A stretch of 64,000 nt of DNA from an uncultured Sulfuricella sp. (GCA_964527565.1 CAZGOY010000001.1:66495-130494); one strand, 5' to 3'. Counted from the first letter of the stretch, positions 36,745-49,484 are shown. Numbers and translations are program-made. Notes: a model not told the origin generated them from the letters alone.

Positions 36745-36931
36745 CTAACTCTACTTTGTCAGATTTCAAGACAAGTGGCGTTAGAACGTCCCTTCCCCCC
36801 ACGGGGGAAGGACAGGATGGGGGCGAGCAAATCATTCAACCGCTTGATTTAAAAGCCCCCACCCCAACCCTCCCCCGTTGGGGGGAGGGAGCCAAAACCG
36901 TTGCAAGTCAATCTGACAAAGTAGAACTAAC
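36745..36931. mobile_element. MITE-like non-autonomous element inserted in the cbbL-cbbS spacer
   Basis: Perfect 16-bp terminal inverted repeats tctactttgtcagatt (36750-36765) and aatctgacaaagtaga (36910-36925). Direct CTAAC copies flank the element (36745-36749 and 36927-36931). Internal G/C hairpins at 36888-36813 region and 36868-36889. Confidence 0.6.
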
Positions 36932-36955
36932 CCAACTTACGAAAGGAGCAATGAA

Positions 36956-37315
36956 ATGAGCCAAATGCAAGACTACTCGTCCCGCCTGTCGGATCCCAAT
37001 AGCCGCAAGTTGGGCACCTTTTCCTATCTGCCGCCGATGGATGCCGACCATCTCCGCAAGCAGATCCAGTACATCGTGAACCAGGGCTGGAATCCGGCGA
37101 TCGAGCACACCGAACCCGCGGAAGCCAGCAGCAACTACTGGTATATGTGGAAGCTGCCGATGTTCGGCGAAACCGACGTGGATCGCATCCTCGCCGAGAT
37201 CGAGCTGTGCAAGAAGGCTAACCCCGGCCATCACGTGCGCCTGCTTGGCTACGACAACATCAAGCAGTCCCAGGGCGCCAACATGATCGTGCACCGCGCC
37301 CCGATCAAGGTCTAA
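36956..37315 (+). CDS. cbbS: RuBisCO form I small subunit
   Basis: 119 aa; '[32 protein letters not shown]', '[11 protein letters not shown]'. Confidence 0.95.
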   Translation: MSQMQDYSSRLSDPNSRKLGTFSYLPPMDADHLRKQIQYIVNQGWNPAIEHTEPAEASSNYWYMWKLPMFGETDVDRILAEIELCKKANPGHHVRLLGYDNIKQSQGANMIVHRAPIKV

Positions 37316-37329
37316 CCGCCGCAAAACAT

Positions 37330-37352
37330 GGGGTGCCCCACGGGGCATCCCC
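37330..37352 (+). other. GC-rich hairpin in the cbbS-cbbQ spacer
   Basis: GGGGTGCC-ccacg-GGCAtCCCC forms a stem with one bulge. It may act in partial termination or mRNA stability. Confidence 0.3.
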
Positions 37353-37376
37353 ACACGGAATTTAAGGAGCCATGCG

Positions 37377-38186
37377 ATGAGCGACACCACCCACGACCAG
37401 TTCCTGGTCAAAAGCCAACCCTACTATCGTCCGGTGGCCGACGAAGTGGATCTGTACGAGGCCGCCTACAACGCGCGCATGCCGGTCATGCTCAAGGGGC
37501 CGACCGGCTGCGGCAAATCGCGCTTTGTCGAATACATGGCGTGGAAACTCGGCAAGCCGCTGATTACGGTAGCCTGCAACGAGGACATGACCGCTTCTGA
37601 CTTGGTCGGGCGTTTCCTCCTCGACATCAATGGCACCCGGTGGCAAGACGGCCCGCTGACCACCGCAGCCCGCCTCGGCGCTATCTGCTACCTGGACGAA
37701 GTGGTCGAGGCGCGCCAGGACACCACCGTGGTAATCCACCCGCTGACCGACCACCGGCGCAACCTGCCGCTGGAGAAGAAGGGCGAAGTGGTAGAAGCCC
37801 ACCCCGATTTCCAGATTGTGATTTCCTACAACCCCGGCTACCAGAGCCTGATGAAGGATCTCAAGCAATCCACCAAGCAGCGCTTCGGCGCTATGGATTT
37901 CGACTACCCCGACGCCGCCGTCGAATCCGAGATCGTCGCCCACGAATCCGGCGTCGACGCCAAGACCGCCGAGAAGCTGGTTCAGGTCGCGGCGCGCAGC
38001 CGCAACCTCAAGGGCCACGGCCTGGACGAAGGCATGTCCACCCGCCTGCTGGTCTACGCCGGCCAGCTCATCGCCAAGGGCATCGCCCCGGCGCGCGCCT
38101 GCCGTATGGCGCTGGTGCGTCCGCTGACCGACGACCCCGACATGCGCGACACGCTGGACGCGGCGGTGGAAACTTTCTTCGGCTGA
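37377..38186 (+). CDS. cbbQ: CbbQ, MoxR-type AAA+ RuBisCO activase subunit
   Basis: 269 aa; '[18 protein letters not shown]' Walker A and 'YLDEVVEAR' Walker B. Confidence 0.95.
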   Translation: MSDTTHDQFLVKSQPYYRPVADEVDLYEAAYNARMPVMLKGPTGCGKSRFVEYMAWKLGKPLITVACNEDMTASDLVGRFLLDINGTRWQDGPLTTAARLGAICYLDEVVEARQDTTVVIHPLTDHRRNLPLEKKGEVVEAHPDFQIVISYNPGYQSLMKDLKQSTKQRFGAMDFDYPDAAVESEIVAHESGVDAKTAEKLVQVAARSRNLKGHGLDEGMSTRLLVYAGQLIAKGIAPARACRMALVRPLTDDPDMRDTLDAAVETFFG

Positions 38187-38238
38187 AACGAACCGGCGGC
38201 CTTGCCGCTCCCCCCCACCTACATGACGAGGAACGGCC

Positions 38239-40569
38239 ATGAGCATCAATCTTGACGACTATCGGGACGACCTGGTCAAGGCCGCGCCCGAACTTGAAAA
38301 CACCCTGGACGCCTCCTTCCACGAGGCGGCGCGGACAATGTCGCCCACCGGCCTTAAGGACTGGCTTGACGGCGCACGCGGCATCGTGAACCTGGGCAAG
38401 GACGCTACCCTGCTTACCACTTACTTGAACGAAATGCCGCTGGTAGCCAAGGAGTGCGGCGAGGACGTCATCCGCGAGTGTGTGCATGCGGTGATGAAGC
38501 TTGCTTCGATGGCCTCGGGCGAGGTGCTCGCCCTGGTATTCGCCACCCTGCCCACCGCCGCCCGCCGCTTGGGCGACCCGGAGTTGCTGCGCGCCTACCT
38601 GCAATTGCTGCACCGGCTCGCGGCCAAGGCGCCGCGCGGCCTGCGCCCAATGCTCGGAGTGCTCGACGAGTTGCTTGGCAAACTCACTCTGTCCGGCCTG
38701 CGCCGCTGGGTGGATTTCGGCGCCGACGCCTATCGCCGCGACCTGCCTAGGCAAGCCGCCTATTTCTCGCTGCAAAGCGAGGACAGCAAGGCCGTCCTCC
38801 AGCAGGAACGGCGCGGCACCCTGTTCATCGACAGCCAGCGCAAGCTGAATTTCTATCTGCGCGCCTTCTGGGGGCGGGATTTCTATCTGCGCCCGGTTGC
38901 CGCCGACTACTTGGGCTTCCGCCCCTTCATCGAGGCGCGCGCGCTGCACCTGCCCGACGCTGCCGACGATCTCGGCGGATTGAGCGGCCAGGAACTGTAC
39001 CGCGCCATGAGCGCCCACATGGCCGCGCACCTGGCCTACACCAGCGAACCGCAGTCCGCCGAGGCGCTCGCCCCGGCGCAGCAGTTCTTTGTCGGCTTCA
39101 TCGAGGATGCGCGGGTGGAATGGTGCGCGGCGCAGGCGTTTCCCGGCATGCGCCGCCTGTGGAAAGCCTTCATGGTGCTGCCCAAGCCGGGGCACCCCGA
39201 ACACGAGTCGGTCGATCTGCTGGAGCGCGCCGCCCTGGCGCTGCTCGACCCGGTCGAGCGCAGCGGCGACGCCGAGGTGGACGGTATCGTCCTGCAATTC
39301 CACAGTAACATCGCCGCCAACCGCGACAACGGCATGTTCTCCTGGAATCTCGGGCTGGACCTGTTCAACCTGCTGGCCGCCCGGCGCGCCGTGCCGAGCC
39401 TGCGCATCCTGGAAAACCTGCGCATTCCCTACCGCGACGACAACCGCTTCGTCTGGTCGCTCGACCAGTTCGACTGGAGCGAATCCAGCGCTTATCTGCC
39501 GGCCAGCCAGCGCCAGACGAGGAAACACGTCGGCCTGATGGAATTCATCAACGAAATCGACGTGGAAAACGCCGGCGACGATGCCCAGGAAATCTGGGTG
39601 CTCAACAGCGAGCTGTTTCCCTACGAGGACGAAGGTGTCTCCTACAACCAGATGGAAGGCAAGGAGCCGGTTTCCGATCCCTACCATTATCAGGAGTGGG
39701 ACTACCAGGTGCAGTTGCACCGCCCCAACTGGGCTACTGTTTACGAACGGCGCCAGGGGCGCGGCGACCCGGCGCTGGTTGAGGAGGTGCTCACCGCCCA
39801 CAAGGGCGTGAGCCACCGCATCAAGCAGATCATCGACCGCCTGCGCCCGCAGGGCGTCTCGCGCCAGCGGAAACTGGAAGACGGCGACGAACTGGACATC
39901 AACGCCGCGGTGGACGCCATGGTGGCGGCGCGCATCGGACTCAACCCCGACCCGCGCATCACCATGCGCAACGTTATCAACCGCCGCGACCTGGCGGTGG
40001 TGATCCTGCTCGACCTGTCCGAATCCACCAACGAGAAGGTGCGTGGCACGGAGAAATCCGTGCTGGAGCTGACCCGCGAGGCCAGCGCCCTGGTGGCCAC
40101 CGCCATCTCGGGCATCGGCGATCCCTTTGCGATCCACGGTTTCTCATCGGATGGACGGCTCGACGTGCAGTACTTCCGCTTCAAGGATTTCGAACAGCGT
40201 TTCGACGGCGACGCGAAATCGCGCTTGGCGGGCATGAAGGGCGGCCTGTCTACCCGCATGGGCGCGGCCATGCGCCACGCCGGGCGGCACCTGCTGCAAC
40301 GCAGCGAGAAGCACAAACTGCTGCTGATCGTCACCGACGGCGAACCGGCGGACATCGACGAACGCGATCCGCAATATCTGCGCATGGACGCCAAGAAGGC
40401 CACGGAGGAACTGCGCAGCAGCGGCATCCAGTCCTATTGCCTGACCCTGGACCCGCAAGCCGACCGTTACGTGGAACGCATTTTCGGCGCCAACAACTAC
40501 ACGGTCATCGACCATGTGCAACGGCTGCCGGAAAAGTTGCCGGCACTGTTCGCCGCGCTGACGCGATGA
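38239..40569 (+). CDS. cbbO: CbbO, von Willebrand factor A-domain RuBisCO activase adaptor
   Basis: 776 aa following cbbQ; C-terminal VWA MIDAS 'LLDLSESTN' and 'LLLIVTDGEPAD'. Confidence 0.9.
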   Translation: MSINLDDYRDDLVKAAPELENTLDASFHEAARTMSPTGLKDWLDGARGIVNLGKDATLLTTYLNEMPLVAKECGEDVIRECVHAVMKLASMASGEVLALVFATLPTAARRLGDPELLRAYLQLLHRLAAKAPRGLRPMLGVLDELLGKLTLSGLRRWVDFGADAYRRDLPRQAAYFSLQSEDSKAVLQQERRGTLFIDSQRKLNFYLRAFWGRDFYLRPVAADYLGFRPFIEARALHLPDAADDLGGLSGQELYRAMSAHMAAHLAYTSEPQSAEALAPAQQFFVGFIEDARVEWCAAQAFPGMRRLWKAFMVLPKPGHPEHESVDLLERAALALLDPVERSGDAEVDGIVLQFHSNIAANRDNGMFSWNLGLDLFNLLAARRAVPSLRILENLRIPYRDDNRFVWSLDQFDWSESSAYLPASQRQTRKHVGLMEFINEIDVENAGDDAQEIWVLNSELFPYEDEGVSYNQMEGKEPVSDPYHYQEWDYQVQLHRPNWATVYERRQGRGDPALVEEVLTAHKGVSHRIKQIIDRLRPQGVSRQRKLEDGDELDINAAVDAMVAARIGLNPDPRITMRNVINRRDLAVVILLDLSESTNEKVRGTEKSVLELTREASALVATAISGIGDPFAIHGFSSDGRLDVQYFRFKDFEQRFDGDAKSRLAGMKGGLSTRMGAAMRHAGRHLLQRSEKHKLLLIVTDGEPADIDERDPQYLRMDAKKATEELRSSGIQSYCLTLDPQADRYVERIFGANNYTVIDHVQRLPEKLPALFAALTR

Positions 40570-40651
40570 AGCATGCATGATGGAAATTCAGCAGCGAGCC
40601 GCCATGGTGGCCGACGATTGGGCAATGCAAACCCCTCATGAAAATTTAACC

Positions 40652-41548
40652 ATGATTCATACGATATTTCAGTCCAGCGTTAATAGCCTGAAACTTCTAC
40701 ATCGTGGAAAAGTGCATGAGGTTTATGAGATCAACGGCCAGTTCCTGCTGATAGTCGCCACCGACCGTCTGCCCGTGTTCGAAATGGTGTTGCCAACACC
40801 GGTCCCGGACAAGGGTAAGGTGCTGACGGAATTGTCACGCTTCTGGTTCGGCAGGCTTGAGCATATCTTGCCCAACCATCTGACCGGCATGCCGCCGGAA
40901 ATCATGGTTGCTCCGCGGGAGTATGCGCAGATATGGCGGCGCGCTGTCGTGGTGAAAAAGCTTGTACCGTTGCCGGTCAAGGCCGTCGTGCGTGGTTACC
41001 TGGTCGGCGCCGGATGGAAGGAATACCGGAAGCACCATAGCGTGTGCGGTATTCCCCTGACCGCCGGGCTGCTGGAAGCCGACAAGCTGTTTCCCCCATT
41101 ACTTACCCTCTCAAGAAAGGCAAAGGAGGGCTCCCATCATGATGAAAACATCGGCTTCGCAGTAGCGGAAGAACTGCTCGGCAAGGAATTAGCCACTCAA
41201 ATACGCGGCATTTCCAACGCACTGTATACGGAAGCCAGCACTTATGCGCAGTCGCGTGGCATCGTCATCGTTGAGGCCAGCTTTGAGTTCGGCCTGGATG
41301 AGCGGGGAGAACTACATCTGATCGGCGAGGTGCTGACACCGGATTCCGCCTCCTTCTGCGCACTGGATCAATACCGTCCAGGGCACGCGGCGCCCAGCTT
41401 CGACAAGCAGCATGTCCATGACTGGCTGAAATATCGGGGCTGGAACAAACGGTTTCCCGGGCCGGAATTGCCTCCTGATGTTGTTGCCAAAACCATTGAA
41501 AAATATCGTGAATTGCTGATTCGGCTCACAGACCGGATTGGCGGATGA
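40652..41548 (+). CDS. SAICAR synthetase (PurC)-like protein, divergent at several catalytic positions
   Basis: Collinear with long-form PurC ('RGKVHEVY', 'ATDRLPVFE', 'NHLTG', 'VVRGYLVGAGWKEY', 'HHDENI', 'FEFGLDERG', 'EVLTPDS', 'SFDKQ'), but with substitutions described in the findings. AT-richer than its neighbours. Start uncertain (40577 or 40652). Confidence 0.7.
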   Translation: MIHTIFQSSVNSLKLLHRGKVHEVYEINGQFLLIVATDRLPVFEMVLPTPVPDKGKVLTELSRFWFGRLEHILPNHLTGMPPEIMVAPREYAQIWRRAVVVKKLVPLPVKAVVRGYLVGAGWKEYRKHHSVCGIPLTAGLLEADKLFPPLLTLSRKAKEGSHHDENIGFAVAEELLGKELATQIRGISNALYTEASTYAQSRGIVIVEASFEFGLDERGELHLIGEVLTPDSASFCALDQYRPGHAAPSFDKQHVHDWLKYRGWNKRFPGPELPPDVVAKTIEKYRELLIRLTDRIGG

Positions 41549-42438
41549 GTACTGTCATGCCGAGGATAAACCGGGATCTGAGCAGGGCACCAGTGGACGG
41601 CAGCATTTATTCGGGGCGCAGGGTGGCGCTGCTTACCCGTCATGGCAAGGAAAAGATCATCGCACCGGCACTGGTGCAGTCATTGGGTTGCCTGGTGACG
41701 CATGTGGATAGCTTCGACACCGATCAACTGGGCACCTTTACCCGCGATATTCCGCGCGACGGCACCCAACTCGAGGCGGCGCGCAGGAAGGCGCGCCTCG
41801 GCATGGAACTGGCGGGCCTCCCCCTGGGCATCGCCAGCGAGGGCAGCTTCGGGCCGGATCCGTTCTTCGGAATGTTTTCCTGGAACGTGGAGATGATTGT
41901 CTGGATTGACGATCTGCTCGGCATCGAGGTGGTGGGGATCGCTTCGGGCAAGGCCAGCATCGCCCACCGGATCACGGCGGACTGGACGGATGCCGAGGCC
42001 TTCGCCAGCGGAGCGGGCTTTCCCGAACATGGTTTGGTGGTGCGCCCGCAGTGCGAGGATGATTCCCGCATCCGCAAGGGTATCACCGACTGGCAGCGGC
42101 TCCGCGAAGCCTTCCACTGGGCCTGCGGCGAAGCGGATAACGGTTGTGCCTTCATGGAAACCGACGTGCGCGCCCATTTGAATCCGACGCGCATGGCGAC
42201 GATCGGCCTGGCGGCCAGTGATCTGGCGCGCAAACTTGGTACCCGCTGTCCGGCCTGCGGGATACCGGGCTTCCAACTGGCCGAGGGTGTTCCCGGCCTG
42301 CCATGCGAGGATTGCGGCGCCCCGACCCGGGAAGTTCGGGCGGAAATCCATCTTTGTGTAAAATGCGGCCACCGGGTGACCGTGCAGTTGCCTTCAGTGT
42401 CCGCTCCTGCGGGCCGTTGCGACAGTTGCAACCCCTGA
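41545..42438 (+). CDS. Hypothetical protein with C-terminal four-CxxC zinc ribbon
   Basis: 297 aa. Its ATG overlaps the PurC-like stop (ATGA). The C-terminus carries 'CPACG', 'CEDCG', 'CVKCG' and 'CDSCNP'. Confidence 0.6.
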   Translation: MSTVMPRINRDLSRAPVDGSIYSGRRVALLTRHGKEKIIAPALVQSLGCLVTHVDSFDTDQLGTFTRDIPRDGTQLEAARRKARLGMELAGLPLGIASEGSFGPDPFFGMFSWNVEMIVWIDDLLGIEVVGIASGKASIAHRITADWTDAEAFASGAGFPEHGLVVRPQCEDDSRIRKGITDWQRLREAFHWACGEADNGCAFMETDVRAHLNPTRMATIGLAASDLARKLGTRCPACGIPGFQLAEGVPGLPCEDCGAPTREVRAEIHLCVKCGHRVTVQLPSVSAPAGRCDSCNP

Positions 42439-42454
42439 CAAGGAATTAACGCGC

Positions 42455-43402
42455 ATGCCCGCTCTCGATCCTGTCGTCATGTTTTTCCTGCTGGGGCTGG
42501 CTGCCGGCCTGCTGCGCGCCGAGTTGCGTCTGCCGCCGGCGATCTACGAATTTCTCAGCACCCTGTTGCTGCTTGCCATCGGTTTGAAGGGCGGCGTGGA
42601 ACTGGCCAGGCAGCCGTTCGGTGCGCTGCTTCCGCAAATGCTGGCCGTGGCGCTGATGGGCGTCCTGCTGCCGCTGGCCGCCTACCCCGTGCTGCGCTTC
42701 GCGGGGCGCTTCAAGCGGGCCGATGCGGCATCCATCGCCGCCCATTACGGTTCGGTGAGCGTGGGCACCTACGCAGTCGCGGTAGCCTACCTCGCCTACC
42801 GGCAGGTTTCCTTCGAGGAGTACATGCCGGTGTTACTGGTGCTGCTGGAGATGCCTGCCATCGTGTTGGGGGTCCTGCTGGCGCGCGGGATAAACAAGAA
42901 TACGCCCTGGGGCTCAATGGCTCACGAGGTGTTGCTGGGCAAGAGCATGGTGCTGCTGTTCGGCGGCTTGCTCATTGGCTGGGCAGGCGGGGCTGAGGGG
43001 ATTAAACCCATTGAGGGGCTGTTCTTCGATCTGTTCAAGGGGGTGCTTGCGCTTTTTCTGCTGGAAATGGGGTTGATCGCGGCGGGCCAAGTGGGCAGCC
43101 TGCGCCGCCACGGCCTTTTCCTGCTGGCTTTCGGCCTGCTAATGCCGCTCGCTTCAGCGCTCGTGGGCGCAGTGCTCGCCTGGGTGCTGGGGCTATCCGT
43201 GGGCGGCACGGTGCTGCTTGCAACACTCGCGGCGAGCGCCTCCTACATCGCGGTTCCGGCGGCCATGCGCCTGTCGGTGCCGGAAGCCAATCCAACGCTG
43301 TCGCTGGCCGCTTCGCTGGGGGTGACTTTTCCTTTCAATATCCTGGTGGGCATTCCTCTTTACCACTGGCTCGCCGAGCACATCCATCGCCTGGGAGGGT
43401 GA
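42455..43402 (+). CDS. Sodium-dependent bicarbonate transporter family permease (SbtA-like)
   Basis: 315-aa polytopic protein. 'MPALDPVVMFFLLGLAAGLLRAELRLPPAIYEFLSTLLLLAIGLKGG' matches the Sbt_1 family as remembered. It is followed by a PII-like gene. Confidence 0.7.
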   Translation: MPALDPVVMFFLLGLAAGLLRAELRLPPAIYEFLSTLLLLAIGLKGGVELARQPFGALLPQMLAVALMGVLLPLAAYPVLRFAGRFKRADAASIAAHYGSVSVGTYAVAVAYLAYRQVSFEEYMPVLLVLLEMPAIVLGVLLARGINKNTPWGSMAHEVLLGKSMVLLFGGLLIGWAGGAEGIKPIEGLFFDLFKGVLALFLLEMGLIAAGQVGSLRRHGLFLLAFGLLMPLASALVGAVLAWVLGLSVGGTVLLATLAASASYIAVPAAMRLSVPEANPTLSLAASLGVTFPFNILVGIPLYHWLAEHIHRLGG

Positions 43403-43408
43403 CGCACC

Positions 43409-43711
43409 ATGACCATCGAACGCCGCAAGCTGATTACCATCGTCACCGAGGCAGCGCTTGAGCACGAACTCGTCCTCGAGATCGAACGTCTGGGGGCGCA
43501 CGGCCACACCATTACCGATGCCCGCGGCAAGGGCAGTCGCGGCATCCGCGACGCCGGCTGGGGGTGCAACGCCAACGTCCGCATCGAGGTGGTCTGCGCC
43601 GCGGACATCGCCTATGCCATCGCTGCCGCGCTCAGGGCGCGCTACTATGACAACTACGCCATGATTCTGTATATCGGCGATGTGGAAGTGCTGCGCCCGG
43701 AAAAGTTCTGA
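43409..43711 (+). CDS. PII-like signalling protein (SbtB-like partner)
   Basis: 100 aa; 'KLITIVTEAALEHELVLEIERLGAHGHTITDARGKGSRG' shows the beta-alpha-beta PII pattern with a T-loop-like 'GKGSRGIRDAG'. Confidence 0.7.
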   Translation: MTIERRKLITIVTEAALEHELVLEIERLGAHGHTITDARGKGSRGIRDAGWGCNANVRIEVVCAADIAYAIAAALRARYYDNYAMILYIGDVEVLRPEKF

Positions 43712-43742
43712 CGGAATATATGACAGGAAGATACTTGAGAAT

Positions 43743-46550
<2,808 letters not shown>

Positions 46551-46587
46551 AGCCAGAGAAGCAACCACCTAACGAGGAACGTAAAGA

Positions 46588-47085
46588 ATGAGCGAACAAG
46601 TCAAAGTCGGCATCGTCATGGGCAGCAGCAGCGACTGGGAAGTCATGCGCCACGCCTGCGAAATGCTGCGCAATCTCGGCGTGCCCTATGAGGCACGGGT
46701 GGTTTCGGCCCACCGCACCCCCGACCTGCTGTTCCACTACGCCGAAGACGCCCAGGCGCGTGGCCTGGCCTGCATCATCGCCGGCGCGGGCGGCGCGGCC
46801 CACCTGCCCGGCATGCTGGCGGCCAAGACCGCGCTGCCGGTGCTGGGCGTGCCGGTGCCGTCGCGCTACCTGAAGGGCATCGACTCCCTGCTGTCCATCG
46901 TGCAGATGCCCAAAGGCATCCCGGTCGCCACCTTCGCCGTGGGCGAGGCGGGCGCGGCCAATGCCGCGCTGTTCGCCACCGCCCTGCTGGCGCGCCACGA
47001 TCCGAGCATCGCGCTCCGCCTGGAGGCATTCCGTGCTGCCCAAAGTGAGGCCGCGCTAACCTCGACCCTGCCGGAACTGCCATGA
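46588..47085 (+). CDS. purE: N5-carboxyaminoimidazole ribonucleotide mutase
   Basis: 165 aa; '[14 protein letters not shown]', 'SAHRTPD', '[13 protein letters not shown]'. Confidence 0.95.
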   Translation: MSEQVKVGIVMGSSSDWEVMRHACEMLRNLGVPYEARVVSAHRTPDLLFHYAEDAQARGLACIIAGAGGAAHLPGMLAAKTALPVLGVPVPSRYLKGIDSLLSIVQMPKGIPVATFAVGEAGAANAALFATALLARHDPSIALRLEAFRAAQSEAALTSTLPELP

Positions 47086-48227
47086 TCCTGCCGCCATCCA
47101 CTCTGGGTATCCTCGGCGGCGGCCAGCTCGGTCGTATGTTCGCCGTGGCCGCGCGCACCATGGGCTACCGCGTGATGGTGCTGGACCCTGACCCGGACAG
47201 CCCGGCAGCCGCGCTGGCCGACATTCATCTGTGCGCCGGTTACCGCGACCCTGCCGCGCTGGAGCGCATGGGCCGCGCTTGCGCGGCGGTGACCACCGAA
47301 TTCGAAAACATCCCGGCGGACAGCCTGGAATTCCTCGCGCAGTTCTGTCCGGTGCGCCCCGGCGCGACCGCCGTCGCGGTCGCCCAGGATCGCCGCCGCG
47401 AGAAAACCTTCCTGCAATCCCACGGGTTTTCCACGGCGCCGTTCGCCGCCGTGGAAAACTACGGCGATCTTGCCGTGGCTTTCCAGTGTGTCGGCGCGCC
47501 CGCCCTGCTCAAGACCGCCCGCATGGGCTACGACGGCAAGGGGCAGGAGCGGATAAACAGCCATGCCGAGCTGCGGGCGGCATTTGAGCGGCTGGGCACC
47601 GCGCCCTGCGTGCTTGAAGCCTGGCTGCCGCTGCGCACGGAAATCTCGGTGGTGGTGGCGCGCGGCGCGGACGGCCAGAGCGTAGCCTTTCCGGCGGCGG
47701 AGAACCGGCACGCCAACGGTATTCTCGACATCAGCGTCGCCCCCGCGCCGGTCGCTAGGGAGCTGTCCGAGCAGGCGCTCGATGCCGCCACGGCTATCGC
47801 CGCTGCGCTCGATTATTGTGGCGTGCTGGCGGTGGAGTTCTTCGTGCTCGACAACGGGCAGTTGCTGGTCAACGAGATCGCGCCGCGTCCCCACAACAGC
47901 GGCCACTACACCCAGAACGCCTGTCTCACCTCACAGTTCGAGCAGCAGGTGCGGGCGCTGGCGGGCCTGCCGCTGGGCGCACCCGACCTGCTGAGTCCAG
48001 CCGCGATGGTCAACCTGCTCGGCGACTTGTGGCAGGATGGGCGCGAACCGTCATGGGGCAACGTGCTGAGCCAGCCGCGCGCCAAGCTGCACCTCTATGG
48101 CAAGCGGGGAGCCCGCCCCGGTCGCAAGATGGGGCATTTCAACGTGCTGGCAGAAAGCGCCGATGCCGCGCTCAGGACAGCGCTCGAGCTGCGCGACGCT
48201 CTGGCAGCGGATGAATCACCCCGATAA
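47082..48227 (+). CDS. purK: N5-carboxyaminoimidazole ribonucleotide synthase
   Basis: 381 aa; ATP-grasp '[11 protein letters not shown]', 'YDGKGQ', '[12 protein letters not shown]'; overlaps the purE stop. Confidence 0.95.
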   Translation: MILPPSTLGILGGGQLGRMFAVAARTMGYRVMVLDPDPDSPAAALADIHLCAGYRDPAALERMGRACAAVTTEFENIPADSLEFLAQFCPVRPGATAVAVAQDRRREKTFLQSHGFSTAPFAAVENYGDLAVAFQCVGAPALLKTARMGYDGKGQERINSHAELRAAFERLGTAPCVLEAWLPLRTEISVVVARGADGQSVAFPAAENRHANGILDISVAPAPVARELSEQALDAATAIAAALDYCGVLAVEFFVLDNGQLLVNEIAPRPHNSGHYTQNACLTSQFEQQVRALAGLPLGAPDLLSPAAMVNLLGDLWQDGREPSWGNVLSQPRAKLHLYGKRGARPGRKMGHFNVLAESADAALRTALELRDALAADESPR

Positions 48228-48244
48228 CAACGCACGAGGCCATC

Positions 48245-49432
48245 ATGCCACTGGTACACATGAACGACATGCTAAATCACGCCTACCGCCACGGTTATGC
48301 GGTGGGGGCTTTCGATCTGGTCAGCCTGGATTTTCTCGAAGGCATCCTGGCGGCGGCGGAAAGCTGCCGGGCACCGGTGATTCTGAGCCTGGCCGAGTCG
48401 CATTTCGAACATTATGACTTCGACCTGCTTATGGCCGCCTGCGTCGCGGCAGCGCGGCGCACACCGGTGCCGGTGGCCATTCATCTGGATCACGGCGCCA
48501 GCCTCGAAACCGCCGTGCATGCCATTCGCGTCGGCTGCAACGGCGTGATGGTGGATGCCTCGGCCTTGCCCTTGGACGAAAACCTGAAGCTTACGCGCGA
48601 GGTGGTTGCCATGGCGCGCGCCTGCGGCGCGGCGGTCGAGGGCGAGTTGGGCTATGTGCCGGGGGTGGAGGGCGACGACGCGCAAAGACACCCCGGTGAA
48701 ATTGCCTACACCTCACCGGCGGAGGCGAAAGGCTTCGTGGAACGCAGCGGCGTCGACTGCCTGGCGGTGTCGGTCGGCACCGTGCATGGACGCATGAAGG
48801 GCGCGTCCAGGCTGGATATGACCCGTCTGGGGAAAATCAACGAGGCCGTCGGCATCCCCCTGGTGATCCACGGCGGCACCGGCCTTAGCCATGACCAGTT
48901 CAGAAAGCTGATCGCCAACGGCGTGGCCAAAATCAATTACTACACCGCGCTGGCCGACGCGGCAGCCGCCAGCATCCGCGAGCAGCTACGCAGCCATAGC
49001 GACGGCGGCTACACCCGGCTGGTCGCCGGGGTGCGCGATGCGGTGCGCGAGGAGGCGGCGCGCATGATCCGCCTGTGGGGCGGAGGCGGGCGTGCCGCCG
49101 AAGTGCTGATGCAATGCCGTCGCTGGCGGGAAGTGGAGCATGTGGTGCTCTACAATCCTGCGCCGACCGTCGCGGAACCACGGGTCGCCGAATGGGTGGC
49201 GCAAGGCAAGGAAAGTCTGGCGGCGATTCCCGGCGTGAGAAGCGTCGCCCACGGTACGGCGATGCGGGAAGGCGCCGCCTACCGTTATTGCTGGCTGATC
49301 CGTTTTTCCGGCGATGTCGTGATCGAGAGCTACCGCGACCATCCCGCTCACCTGCGCTACGCCGGTGAGGTGTTCCGGCCCGCCGCGCCGGACCGGCTCA
49401 CCATCGACTACGAGATCGACGGGACGGCTTGA
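48245..49432 (+). CDS. Class II ketose/fructose-bisphosphate aldolase fused to a C-terminal Dabb (stress-responsive alpha/beta barrel) domain
   Basis: aa 1 to about 285: 'YAVGAFDL', 'VAIHLDHG', 'VEGELG', 'LAVSVGTVHG', 'LVIHGGTG'. aa about 297-395: 'VEHVVLYN...IPGVRSVAHG...IRFSGDVVIESYRDHPAHLRY'. Confidence 0.8.
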   Translation: MPLVHMNDMLNHAYRHGYAVGAFDLVSLDFLEGILAAAESCRAPVILSLAESHFEHYDFDLLMAACVAAARRTPVPVAIHLDHGASLETAVHAIRVGCNGVMVDASALPLDENLKLTREVVAMARACGAAVEGELGYVPGVEGDDAQRHPGEIAYTSPAEAKGFVERSGVDCLAVSVGTVHGRMKGASRLDMTRLGKINEAVGIPLVIHGGTGLSHDQFRKLIANGVAKINYYTALADAAAASIREQLRSHSDGGYTRLVAGVRDAVREEAARMIRLWGGGGRAAEVLMQCRRWREVEHVVLYNPAPTVAEPRVAEWVAQGKESLAAIPGVRSVAHGTAMREGAAYRYCWLIRFSGDVVIESYRDHPAHLRYAGEVFRPAAPDRLTIDYEIDGTA

Positions 49433-49484
49433 TCCGCAGCGCTTGGCCGGAAGTAACGGCGTTGCTCGAAGTCGGCGCTTGGGC

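Noticed and set aside
36723-36959. 78-aa ORF inside the cbbL-cbbS spacer ('...GEGQDGG...PRWGEGAK...')
   Set aside because: The peptide is simply the translation of the G/C hairpins of the MITE-like element. It has no RBS and ends inside the cbbS start region.
38068-40137. 689-aa ORF antisense to cbbO
   Set aside because: The sense strand has the CbbO VWA/MIDAS features. The antisense translation is low complexity.
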